Positions 26,561-38,700 of a stretch of DNA of 64,000 bases are shown here, one piece after another. The stretch comes from Octopus sinensis. Its lineage: Eukaryota. The notes below the pieces were generated by a model. That model did not search any database. It had not been told where the DNA came from and saw only the letters and a program-made list of their open reading frames with translations. The stretch lies in contig NC_043012.1 of assembly GCF_006345805.1 (NCBI RefSeq), positions 20,894,001 through 20,958,000 of the forward strand, in the 5' to 3' direction. Numbering within the stretch: the stretch's first letter is position 1; every line of letters starts with the position of its first letter. The position numbers were made by a program, and so were the translations under genes.

Positions 26561-27535
26561 AAGTTTGGCATTTGCTGATTATGGCCAACTCTATAGGGTG
26601 ACTTTATGAATCCTGAAGGGATAAAAGGTAAAGTTAATCACAGTAGGAGTTGAAACCAGAACGTAAAATGTCGGAACAAACATTGACGACGTTTTCGTCA
26701 TTTTTCTAATGATTCTGCTAGTTCCTCAAATTTAAAGTCAACGTAAATTGGAAATAGAAACCTCTGATTTATTTGTTTTATGTCACAACCGATGGTGTCT
26801 GCCGAATTCTCCCGTAAAGTAATGTTCGTGTCTTTTCGTGTCGTGATTTACCTGCACGATATTTAGTATGTAATGATTTCCAAATCCCAACTAAAAATAT
26901 CCAGATCGTATGATGAGGTTTAAAGTGATGCATATTTATAGTACATTAGATTCTTTAAGTTTCAGTCTTACTCTGTTCATAACGTAGATTCAGTTAATGA
27001 TCTCGGGACAGATTTTATCTGTTCTGGAAAAATAAAAATCTACATTTATATACACTGTTGCAATGAATGAACACATAATGTTATTAATGCATACAAATTA
27101 TTTCACAACTGTACAAAATCATTCTTAATGGCAGTCATTCTTCGAGGCACAATTAAAGCCTAATTTTCTATTGGATACGAATAATATTTAGCCATATGTC
27201 ACTGCATTGCAAGGATTTTTATAATTGTTTACAACAATATTGCTGTTTGAGTTTTCTATGCACTTTCATATAATTTGCATTCATAAAGGCAAGCAATATG
27301 GTAAAGTAGATTACGTTTCGATAAAACTAGAAAAATACAAGATCCACTAATTGTATAGATTTGTATTTTGGTCGCGCTCATCTGATAGAGAATTTAACTG
27401 GAAGATAAAGTAGGTTTCATGCAATCTAAATTTAGGCTACAGTTTCCTAGAATTATCGGCATCATACTTCATGAATACATTATTTATACGAACTATGATT
27501 ATACTTGTGTGCTTTTCTCTTGATATATATACAAA

Positions 27536-27590
<55 letters not shown>

Positions 27591-27795
27591 GCGTGTGCAT
27601 GTGTGGGTAGACGGATGGATGGATTTACATTATATACATTGAGGTATATATGCATATAGCTAGATATATTTGGGTTGATATATGTATATATATACATACA
27701 TACATATATACACACATGCACACACTCGTGCACGCACACACATTCATATATATATTAAAAATATAGACACATCAAAATATACACATACATATACA

Positions 27796-27838
<43 letters not shown>

Positions 27839-28380
27839 TTTGAAGTAATATATCCAAATATAATATTGGAGAGTCACATGAAGATAGATTCGATCAGATT
27901 ATCGTAAAAAAATAAACAGCAATAGTAATCATAACAATGTGACTTCCAGATAGCTTCCTCATATTTTGAATGTAATACTAAGTGTTTATGCAATGTTTAT
28001 CTCGTAAATAATATGTATGCCAGCTAATAATTACTGCTTAATACAGTAGTAGCGCAAAATGAAAACTTGTTATCATAATCCTATTGGTATAGGAGACGAT
28101 ATTGGAATAGCAACGATATTAGAATGTCCGCCATGATAACTGTTTTCGAGTATTCAGTTCACTTATACAGATTTCCTTAAATGTACTGACATGAATTTCC
28201 ACAAAGACTTACTTTCATTTTGGTCCCTTTAAGGTTGATGAAATAAGCCGTTGCTGAAGTGAATTTAGTGCAATCCTTCATTATAAGCATCAAAAGAAAC
28301 GTCAGGTTATATTTAGAGTCGACTTTGCTTTTCATCCTTCTGAGTTAATTAATAAAACATCTACCGAGCTGATAGGTACT

Positions 28381-28404
28381 AGCAATAATAATAATAATAA
28401 TGAT

Positions 28405-28436
<32 letters not shown>

Positions 28437-28453
28437 CAATAATAATAATAATA

Positions 28454-28498
<45 letters not shown>

Positions 28499-28525
28499 TG
28501 ATGATGATAATAATAATAATGATGA

Positions 28526-28565
<40 letters not shown>

Positions 28566-28605
28566 GATGATGATGATGATGATGATGATGATAATAATAA
28601 TAATG

Positions 28606-28652
<47 letters not shown>
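28381..28652 (+). repeat. (AAT)n/(GAT)n/(AAC)n compound microsatellite
   Basis: Direct reading. Confidence 0.95.
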
Positions 28653-28653
<1 letters not shown>

Positions 28654-30415
28654 TGAGATCATGGAGAACCACACTAACTCTGAACAGTGACAGTGAATCC
28701 CTAAATGCTGGTGATGTAAAAATTTCGTGTGGCATTTTCCAGGGTGACTCACTGTCACCACTCCTCTTTTGTTTATCCTTAATACCTCTCTCAAAGCTGC
28801 TCAATGACGCGCAGTACGGGTATAAAATGTTTGATAAAAATATAAATCATCTCGTTTACATGGATGATTTAAAGCTTTTTGCAAAAAATGATCAACAACT
28901 CAAGGGCTTACTAGCGATAGTCAAACAATTCAGTGACGACATCAGAATGCAATTCGGCCTCGATAAATGTGCAAAGGCTACCTTTATCAAAGGAAAAATG
29001 ACAGAAACATCTAACGTTAACCTTGACCAACAGAATGTCATAAAAGAACTAGGCCCAGCGGAGAGCTACAAGTACCTAGGGGTAATTGAAGGGAACGGAA
29101 TAAGGCATTCAGAGATGGAGGAAAGGATCAGGAGAGAATGCTATCGAAGAGTGAGAGCAATACTCAAGACAGAGCTGAATGCAAGAAACAGGATCGAAGC
29201 AATCAATGCATTAGCTATACCAGTCGTGACTTACAGTTTCAATATTGTTAACTGGTCAATTACTGAAATATGTCAGCTCGACAGAAAAATAAGGAAACTG
29301 TTGACAATGCATAGAATGCACCACCCTAAGGCAGATACAGAACGACTCTATCTGCCAAGAAAAGAGGGAGGCCGTGGTCTTTTGCAACTGGCAATAACAA
29401 TGAAGATTGCTACAATTGGCCTAGACACCTACCTGAAAAACTCTGAGGACTGGATGTTAAAACTTGTCTCAAAACATGAAAACAAGAAAGCATCATACTC
29501 AGTCACAAAACAGGCAAAGGAATATCTAAGTGAATTCCGAATACAACCAATTTCGGAATTAGAGATAGACATACAAGAAACAAGCACAGAAAAAGCTAGG
29601 CGCATGAAAACCCGTGCCAAAACTGCGGCCTTAGATATTCTGAATAATAAATGGCAAGAAAAACCTCTCTATGGCAAATACCCAAAGAGAGCGAATAATG
29701 CAGATATCGACAAAGCCCTGACCCATCAATGGCTAATGGCCTCTGGCTTAAAATCTGAAACAGAGGGGTTTATCATAGCAGCTCAAGATCAATGCCTACC
29801 AACAAGAAACTACCAGGCCAACATATTAAAGATCAGAAGCAGTCCAACGTGTCGTGTATGCAAGCAACAAAATGAAACCATTGACCATGTGGTCTCCAAG
29901 TGCAGTCTTCTAGCGCCTACAGAGTATCTCAACAGGCACGATAGAGCTGCACAATATATTCACTGGGTAATCTGTAAAAACCTGGATTTGCCCCATGAAA
30001 AAAACTGGTGGGAACACAAACCACCCCCAGTGCTTGAAAATGACCACATCTCACTCCTCTGGAACTTCACCATTCAAACTGACAGGAAGATAGATGCAAT
30101 AGGCCAGACATCATATTGAAAGACTTCAAACAAAGAACATGCCTCCTCATTGATATGACTGTCCCAATCGATATAAACGTATCTGTCAGGACCTACCAAA
30201 AACTGAGCAAATATAAAGATCTTGAAATAGAAATCAGCAAAATGTGGAAGCTGAAGACTAAAACAATACCTGTTGTCATAGGTGCCCTGGGAATGATAGC
30301 AAAAGGGGCTGATAGCTACCTAACTCAGATACCAGGAAACCCAAAAATGGCAGAAGTTCAAAAGATAGTGCTCATGGGAACTGCTCATATCCTACGCAAA
30401 ATACTCTCTATGTAA
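28653..30415 (+). pseudogene. Family B RT-ZnF-REL ORF with a single frameshift
   Basis: GATGCAATAGG needs one extra A to read D-A-N-R-P-D. No in-frame stops. Confidence 0.87.
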
Positions 30416-30636
30416 CCTCAAGGTTTAAAACAACCATAATTTTCGGTTTAAAGAAAGAAAAAAAAAAAAAAAAACTTTTTTTTTTTTAGACATTCATTAG
30501 TACAACATCCCCACCCCCCAAATATATGGCACACTAGGCATAACAACAACATGAACTTCCAACCCTGTTGTCTCTTGAGGTCTCTGGGTGAGACTTGGAG
30601 CCAACTTGTACAAATATAAAGCAAAAGTCAAACATA

Positions 30637-30637
<1 letters not shown>
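28653..30637 (+). mobile_element. 5'-truncated R4/Dong-clade LINE, family B
   Basis: 488-aa ORF with GIFQGDSLSPLLF, VYMDD, YKYLG, RMHHPKAD, CRVCKQQNETIDHVVSKC and RHD. After one -1 frameshift at ~30098 it continues NRPDII, LIDMTVP, KLSKYKDL to the stop at 30415. The 222-bp 3'UTR is unlike family A. (AAT)n on both sides. Confidence 0.93.
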
Positions 30638-30676
<39 letters not shown>

Positions 30677-31304
30677 CATATTATCTCTAGCTGCCCAGTC
30701 CTGGCTAAGAAGGAATATATTCACAGACATGACAGAGTTGGAACCTACATACATTGGAAGCTATGCCAACATTATGGAATAACAACAGAAAAAAAGATAG
30801 TATAGGCACACACCAGAAAAGGTCACAGAAAACGAGAAAGCAACCATACTCTGGGATATGCCGATACACACAGATAGAGAAATTAAGGCCAACAGACCTT
30901 AGTTGTCAGAGATCATAAAGAAAAAAAATGCTTTCTAATTAATGTATCAATACCGGCTGATGACAACGTGTTTCTAAAAGAAATGGAGAAACTCTCAAAA
31001 TACAAAGACCTGGAAATAGAGGTATCCAGAATGTGGAATCTGAAAACAGAAACAATTCCTATCATAGTAGGTGCATTATGCATGATAAAAAAATATTCAG
31101 ACAAATACATAACAAAAACACCAGGACATACAAACACATATAACATACAGAAAATTGCACTACTAGGCACTGCACACATCCTACGCAGAACATTTTCCAT
31201 ACAATAACCATCAGAGCATCACAACAAACCACAGCACATACCTAAGGCACACAGAGCTGCGCTCGGTAGTGAAGAGAAAGCACGCTATAAAAATAAAACT
31301 ACTG
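30677..31304 (+). mobile_element. Dong family A, truncated copy from the zinc finger to the 3' end
   Basis: Near-identical to 1452-2081, with a TGG-to-TAG stop and a small deletion at ~30898. Confidence 0.93.
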
Positions 31305-31308
31305 AATG

Positions 31309-31371
<63 letters not shown>

Positions 31372-31382
31372 TTAATAATAAT

Positions 31383-31465
<83 letters not shown>

Positions 31466-31502
31466 TATAATAATAATAATTATTATTATTATTATTATTA
31501 TT
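31305..31502. repeat. (AAT)n switching polarity to (TTA)n
   Basis: Direct reading. Confidence 0.9.
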
Positions 31503-31568
31503 GCTCCACCCGCAAGGTCATGCGCTGTTTATCTTGATATGAGATCAATATCTTGATATGAGATCAAC

Positions 31569-31923
31569 ATACCGGCAGATGACAACGTGTCTCTAAAAGA
31601 AATGGAGAAACTCTCAAAATACAAAGACCTGGAAATAGAGGTAACTAGAATGTGGAACCTGAAAACAGAAACAATTCCTATCATAGTAGGTGCATTATGC
31701 ATGATAAAAAAATATTCAGACAAATACATAACAAAAACACCAGGACTTACAAACACATATAACATACAGAAAATTGCACTACTAGGCACTGCACACATCC
31801 TACGCAGAACACTTTCCATACAATAACCATCAGAGCATCACAACAAATCACAGCACATACCCTAGGCACACAGAGCTGCGCTCGGTAGTGAAGTGAAAGC
31901 ACGCTATAAAAATAAAACTACTG
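31569..31923 (+). mobile_element. Dong family A 3' fragment (tandem unit 1)
   Basis: Matches 1728-2081; its 5' end is fused to a 49-bp piece of the adjacent 560-bp repeat. Confidence 0.93.
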
Positions 31924-31968
31924 AATAATAATAATAATAATATTAATAATAATATAATAATAATAATA

Positions 31969-32006
<38 letters not shown>

Positions 32007-32566
32007 GCAAATGCCCTGATGGAGTACCAGGCAGTGGCTCTCATGTCTTCTCATCTTAACTGATTGAAAGTGTTATCATGTACATTGCTTTGTCTTGGTA
32101 TAAAACATGGGCTACTGCAAATATTCTGCTCAGTACCACAGATTTGCTTGTCAGTTGTTTAACCTTAACCAGTTGAGCATGTCCCTTAGTGGCTGACGAT
32201 ATGTGCATCTCTGACCGCCAGCAGAAGTAGTGGGGGAGCATCATAGCCATGTGTCGAGAGGGATTCTTTGTGGTTTGAATAATTCACTTTTGGAAACATG
32301 AGTGGTTCGTTCAACATCCTTAAACAATCCTTAATCAGTGACCTTTTGAGCGGAATGGGCTACACGACCAGAAGAAAATTCTAACTGGGCTCCACCCGCA
32401 AGGTCATGCGCTGTTTATCTTGATATGAGATCAACATCTCGCGTATATATAGCTGAGATGCATGTGCCTGGTGTACCCTTATCAGATGGGTAGTCATGAT
32501 GAGTATACCGGGCTCCGTATATTTTACCCCAGTGTCATTTCGATGGCATGCACTTCTCTCTCACTC
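32007..32566 (+). mobile_element. ~560-bp non-coding AAT-associated repeat, copy 1 (possibly the 3'UTR of a third Dong family or a non-autonomous partner)
   Basis: Follows (AAT)n and ends CTCTCTCACTC-AAT. About 3 substitutions from copy 2. No informative ORF. Confidence 0.6.
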
Positions 32567-32648
32567 AATGGTATTATTATTATTATATTATTATTATTAT
32601 TGCTCCACCCGCAAGGTCATGCGCTGTTTATCTTGATATGAGATCAAC

Positions 32649-33003
32649 ATACCGGCAGATGACAACGTGTCTCTAAAAGAAATGGAGAAACTCTCAAAAT
32701 ACAAAGACCTGGAAATAGAGGTAACTAGAATGTGGAACCTGAAAACAGAAACAATTCCTATCATAGTAGGTGCATTAGGCATGATAAAAAAATATTCAGA
32801 CAAATACATAACAAAAACACCAGGACTTACAAACACATATAACATACAGAAAATTGCACTACTAGGCACTGCACACATCCTACGCAGAACACTTTCCATA
32901 CAATAACCATCAGAGCATCACAACAAATCACAGCACATACCCTAGGCACACAGAGCTGCGCTCGGTAGTGAAGTGAAAGCACGCTATAAAAATAAAACTA
33001 CTG
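32649..33003 (+). mobile_element. Dong family A 3' fragment (tandem unit 2)
   Basis: Duplicate of 31569-31923 with the same chimeric 5' junction. Confidence 0.93.
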
Positions 33004-33021
33004 AATAATAATAATAATAAT

Positions 33022-33091
<70 letters not shown>

Positions 33092-33651
33092 GCAAATGCC
33101 CTGATGGAGTACCACGCAGTGGCTCTCATGTCTTCTCATCTTAACTGATTGAAAGTGTTATCATGTACATTGCTTTGTCTTGGTATAAAACATGGGCTAC
33201 TGCAAATATTCTGCTCAGTACCACAGATTTGCTTGTCAGTTGTTTAACCTTAACCAGTTGAGCATGTCCCTTAGTGGCTGATGATATGTGCATCTCTGAC
33301 CGCCAGCAGAAGTAGTGGGGGAGCATCATAGCCATGTGTCGAGAGGGATTCTTTGTGGTTTGAATAATTCACTTTTGGAAACATGAGTGGTTCGTTCAAC
33401 ATCCTTAAACAATCCTTAATCAGTGACCTTTTGAGCGGAATGGGCTACACGACCAGAAGAAAATTCTAACTGGGCTCCACCCGCAAGGTCATGCGCTGTT
33501 TATCTTGATATGAGATCAACATCTCGCGTATATATAGCTGAGATGCATGTGCCTGGTGTACCCTTATCAGATGGGTAGTCATGATGAGTATACTGGGCTC
33601 CGTATATTTTACCCCAGTGTCATTTCGATGGCATGCACTTCTCTCTCACTC
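33092..33651 (+). mobile_element. ~560-bp repeat, copy 2
   Basis: Duplicate of 32007-32566. Confidence 0.6.
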
Positions 33652-34042
33652 AATGGTCTTATTATTATTATTATTATTATTGGTAGTAGTAGTAGTAGTA
33701 GTAGTAGTGCCAGATCACATTGAAAACATTGGTTTTCTCCGGATCACCAACGTCAGGCAACGGCAAGCTAGGAAGTAGTTAGATGGAAACTTAGGTGTTT
33801 TAAGCAAAACATTTCCTGTCCATAAAAGAAGCGGATACGACTGTGTAATTAACAGGGTCACTTTGAATTCAAGTGTTTTCGGGTACAGCCATACTACGCG
33901 GCACTTTTAGTATAGCCTTGGACCAACCATTTACCAATGCCTTTTGAGTAAATTTGGTAATTCGAAACTAACGAAATCTGTTATAAACATGCACGCGCGC
34001 ACACACACACATACACACACACACATACACACACACACACAT

Positions 34043-34107
<65 letters not shown>

Positions 34108-34139
34108 ATATATAATATATATATATATATATTTATAGA

Positions 34140-34360
34140 TATACGTATGTATTTGTGCGTGGCTGTCTTTGCCACCCTGCCTTCTCTGTTGACCGGTATT
34201 GGTTTGTTTAGCAGCATTGCTATAGTCTACGATAGACTTGGTACCAAGCTTAAAAACAAAATACATAAGCACTTAGGTCAAATTACTTTTACTAACTTGC
34301 TGCAGGTACTGCCCCAGAATGGCCGCAGTGCAGTGACTGAAACAAGTAAAATAAAAAAGA
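34140..34360 (+). mobile_element. SINE family B 3' half, diverged
   Basis: GAATGGCCGCAGTGCAGTGACTGAAACAAGTAAAA tail. Confidence 0.6.
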
Positions 34361-34479
34361 CAAATGATATAAACCCAAAGATACAGCCCCAAAATCTCAT
34401 TGTTTCACACAATCCATAGAAACACTGAGGTTGGTATCGTGGCAGTGAAAGCTCGAGTAGAAACTCTTGAAAACAGTAT

Positions 34480-34740
34480 GAAGAATGTTGCAGTCGAAAC
34501 CAAACAATTCCTACAGTAACAGGTGCATTGAATGATAAATACATGACCAAACTCCTCGACTTAGACAACATGCACAACACACAGAAAACTTCACAACCAG
34601 CCGCTGCACACACATCACTCATAATAGTTTCCGTATGAAAGCAAGCACAAAACCGAAATAAAACAATGCACATACCCATGACACACAGTGCTGCACTTGG
34701 TTGTGTAACGAGAACACGCAATAAAACCAAAACTATAGAA
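34480..34740 (+). mobile_element. Old degraded Dong family A 3' end
   Basis: AAACAATTCCTAC..GGTGCATT.., and GCACATACCCATGACACACAGTGCTGCACTTGG..AATAAAACCAAAACTA parallel the family A end; followed by (AAC/AAT)n. Confidence 0.7.
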
Positions 34741-34795
34741 AAATAACAACAATAACAACAACATTATCATCATCATCATCACTACATCATCATCA

Positions 34796-34854
<59 letters not shown>

Positions 34855-35049
34855 TAATTGGTGTATTCTGCATGCTTTCGGAGTAGAGAGTAGAAAAAAG
34901 AAAAATTTGTTTTACCTAACAACACAGAAAATTTCAATAGATCTCTTCAAGATTGTACATGAACTTCAAAAGAACACGAATCAATTTCTTCTATAAAGAT
35001 TTTGGTAAGAATTGAGGAACTTAAAAGTAGAACAATCAGATATCTCAAA

Positions 35050-35780
35050 CAGAAACATAGCAATAAAAATTGTAGGAAGAATAAAAACGAGTTCTACAAC
35101 AGCAGAAACACTAAAGTTTGAATGGAAGAACAAACCTTTATATGTAAAGCACTTACAAATGGATAGATACTACTGACCAGTAGCTAACTAGCCTCAACTT
35201 AGTATTAAGCTGAAGGAATAATTGCTGCAACACAAGAGCTATACCTTTTCAAACGACATACGAGAACATATTTATGAAGTGAGATAAGGGAAAATGAATT
35301 GTATATACGTGATATTTAAAAGAACTTTAGAGTACTTGCTCGGTGGATGTTCTCCCCTCGTTAGATAGCATAGATAACGAGATTATACAAAGAAACAAAG
35401 TATTTTGATTCATAAATCAAATCAGGTATTATCAAATGGAAGCAATCCAAAATTGGTATGAACTAAAACTTAAAACTGCTGCATAACGATGCTGTGCTAA
35501 ATAGCTGTGCATGCAGACAGATATTACTGCCTAAGTCAAGATGTGTACTGAAACATCAAAGAAGGAATTAAGCTTAAAATCGTTATATTGTGTTCTTCAG
35601 GGAGAATTGCATCTTAAAAAAGTGAAAAGTATTCAAAATATACAGTCTTAGAAAAAGAATATGCATCAGAGATACTATTTTTATCAATGTTGTATTAAGA
35701 GCATTGGAATTTGTGAAATATTATGCGGAGCAAATATATAAAATTACCAAACTATCTTTCAACATAAGAAAAAAATGAGC
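35050..35780 (+). mobile_element. Very degraded Dong-like coding relic
   Basis: WKNKPLYVK resembles WQEKPLYGK; GAAGGAATAATTGCTGCAAC resembles EGFIIAAQ. Confidence 0.4.
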
Positions 35781-35789
35781 AGAAATGAT

Positions 35790-37290
35790 TGTCATTTTAT
35801 CGACCTCGGAAAGAGAAAAGGCGAAGTCGACCTCGGCAGACTTTGCACTCAGAACCACAAGAGCTGTAAGGAATAGCAGCTAACGATTGTTATCAGGTGT
35901 GCGAACGGTCCTGGCAGCTTTTAAAATGATATTTTTCTAGAACTGACACAAGGACAGAATTACGGTGGGTAGGTAGGTCTATTACATTCGGCCTCAGTCC
36001 TCAAATGCTATTCGTTTTATTTTACAGGCCCCGTAAGAGTGAAAGGCAAATTCGACCACGCAGGCATTTATATTCAGTGCATAAAACCGAAAGAATTACC
36101 GCTACGGATTTTCTTTGGCGTGTTAACCATTCTGCCAGATTACCACAATTTGAAACTTTACAAATGTTCCTTTCTTCTAAAGTCACATGGCCTGAGTTTT
36201 TGTGGGTGAGGGCACTAGTTGATTACAGCGACCCCAGTGTTTTTCTGGTACTTAAATTATTGACCCCGAAAGTATGAAAGGCAAAGTCAACCTCCGTAGA
36301 ATTTGAACTCAGAACGTAGCGATGGGCGAAATACCGCCAAGAATTTCGTCCATCGTGCTAACCATTCTGCCAGATTGCCACACTTTGAAACGTTATAAAT
36401 AATGATTATTCTTTCCTGTTTTGATACAAGGCTAGCAATTTTCAGTGGAGGAGAACAATTGATTGCATCGAACACAATACTTGACAGGTTCTTGATTCAA
36501 TCGACTCCGAAAGGATGAGCAGTATTTGAACTCTGAATGTAACGATCCTGAGTTAATGTCTGAAATGATTTCGTCCGAAGTACTAATGACTTTGACAGCT
36601 GACTGCCTTAATACTTGTTTATTTCTCTTGTTGGCACAATGCCTGTAATTTCAGGACGGAGACAAGTCGATTAGATCAATCCCAATGTTCAACTAGCACT
36701 TATTTTATCGCTCACGACATAATGAAAGGCAAAATTTACCTCCACGGAATTTTTAACTCGGAGCATAAAGACACGCAAAGTTCTGCTTTGTCCAGCTTTC
36801 TAGCGATTCTGCCAGCTCACTATCAGTGACCACCTTAATAATAATAATTCTTTCTTACTTTGGCACAATAGCAGTAATTTTGAGAGGAGAAGGAAGTAGA
36901 TAAAATAAGTACCAGTTGCGCACTGGTGCGCAACTGGTACTTATTTTATCTACCCAGAGAGGATGAAGAGTAAAGTCGGCTTAGATAGCAGTTGAATTTT
37001 TAAAAACTCAAAGAAATAACTAAAAATTATTTCGCCCCATATTCTAACAACTCATCGATTTTTATAATAACAGTTTCTAACACAGGTGCATGGCCTGAAT
37101 TCTGGAAGGAGAGGCTTAGTCAAATATATATCAACCCTAGTGGTTGTATGTTACTTTATTTTATCGGACGCAAAATGGTGGAAGGTAAACTTAACGTCGC
37201 TGTGATTTGAACTCACAACGAAATAAGACGAAACAATTACTTAAAGTTACTGCACATTCCCTACTCTAAAAATTCCCCCAACTCACATAA
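35790..37290 (-). repeat. Head-to-tail array of about 7 diverged SINE family A copies (period ~200-250 bp)
   Basis: Recurring TTTATCGACCCC..GAAAGG..AAAGTCGACCTC..TTTGAACTC..TTCTGCCAG blocks near 35800, 36020, 36250, 36490, 36700, 36940 and 37160. Confidence 0.8.
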
Positions 37291-37679
37291 TGTTCATGAT
37301 ATATAGGAGAAAAACAATTAAATTTTAGTAACCATTATACTGAATTAGATCGATGACAACATATTAATTTTTTTTGTCTATCAAACCCGGAAGTATGGAA
37401 GGCAGAGACAGGATTAACGCATTTTGGGCATATACATGCAGTTTTCTTCGCAATAGTTAGCAAACCACAACCATATTTTTTATATTTGAGGATGTTCAGC
37501 ATGTTCGTATCTTTTTGCGTGGGCACATGTTTGTGGATGTAGGTGTGTGTGTGGAGGTATAGATGCTTGACCTCCATGCTTGACCTTTATGATTTCTTTT
37601 CGTACGAAATAGTTATGAGTAATATAACTGGTTTTTCTCTTCAAACTATTACACATCTTCCACTTGCTCTAGAATTTAT

Positions 37680-37754
<75 letters not shown>

Positions 37755-38062
37755 TATATATATATAGATATATATATATATATATATATCACATGGAATG
37801 AATAATAATGGTTCACAGATTTACGGGTTCAAATCACTTCAATATCAAAAACTGTCGAGTTAAACACCTCAAAATCCTCTCACTGGAAATGTTTGATTTT
37901 TCTCTGGGTTTCATTTTGTCTCTTTTTTTCTTTTTTGTCTTCGAAATTCTTTTGTCTCTGATTCTTTTATTATTTTTTTTTGTCTTTGATAGTTTTATCT
38001 TGTTCGACTCAATATTGTTGAAATACGTCCTGTATTAATGTACAATTAGTAATGGTTTCAGA

Positions 38063-38700
38063 TCTTGGCACAAGGCCAGCAATTTCGTGGGAGGTAGTAA
38101 GTCAATTACATCGACCCCGAAATCATGAAAGGCAATGTCGGCCTTGGCAGCATTTGAAATCAAAATGTAAAGGACAAAATGCTCTAGTCATTAACAATTT
38201 TGTCATCTCGCCGCATTAAATGGACCTGTAGTATTAGACGACTGGAAGGTGGTGAACTGGCTGAATCGTTACAGCGCTAACAAAACTGTTCAACTGATTT
38301 CATCTGTTTTTACGTTTTAAGTTCGAATTCCGCCGAGATTGACTTTGCCTTTCATCCTTTCGGGGTCGATAAAATGAGTACCTGTCGTGTACTGGAGTTG
38401 ATGTAATCGACAAACTCCCTAAACTCTTTGCCTTGTGCCAAAATCTCGAACCAATAATAGACGGCTGGACAAGGCAGAATCACCAGAGCTGCCGAGAAGA
38501 TACTTAACGGCATTTCTTTCGGCTCACACGTTCTGCGTTCAAATTCCGACTAGATCTACTCTGCCTTTCGTCTGTTCGGAGTCGAAAAAATAAATACCAT
38601 TTCAGAACCGGAGTCAATGTAATCGACTGCTTCCCCAACTCTCCTCTTCACCAGAATTCCATGCCTTGTGCCTATAGCAGAAAGGATTATAAGACGGCTG
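38063..38700. mobile_element. Cluster of three SINE family A copies (one minus, two plus in tandem)
   Basis: 38063-38215 on minus; 38245-38455 and 38460-38690 on plus, delimited by AGACG(A/G)CTGG. Confidence 0.75.
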
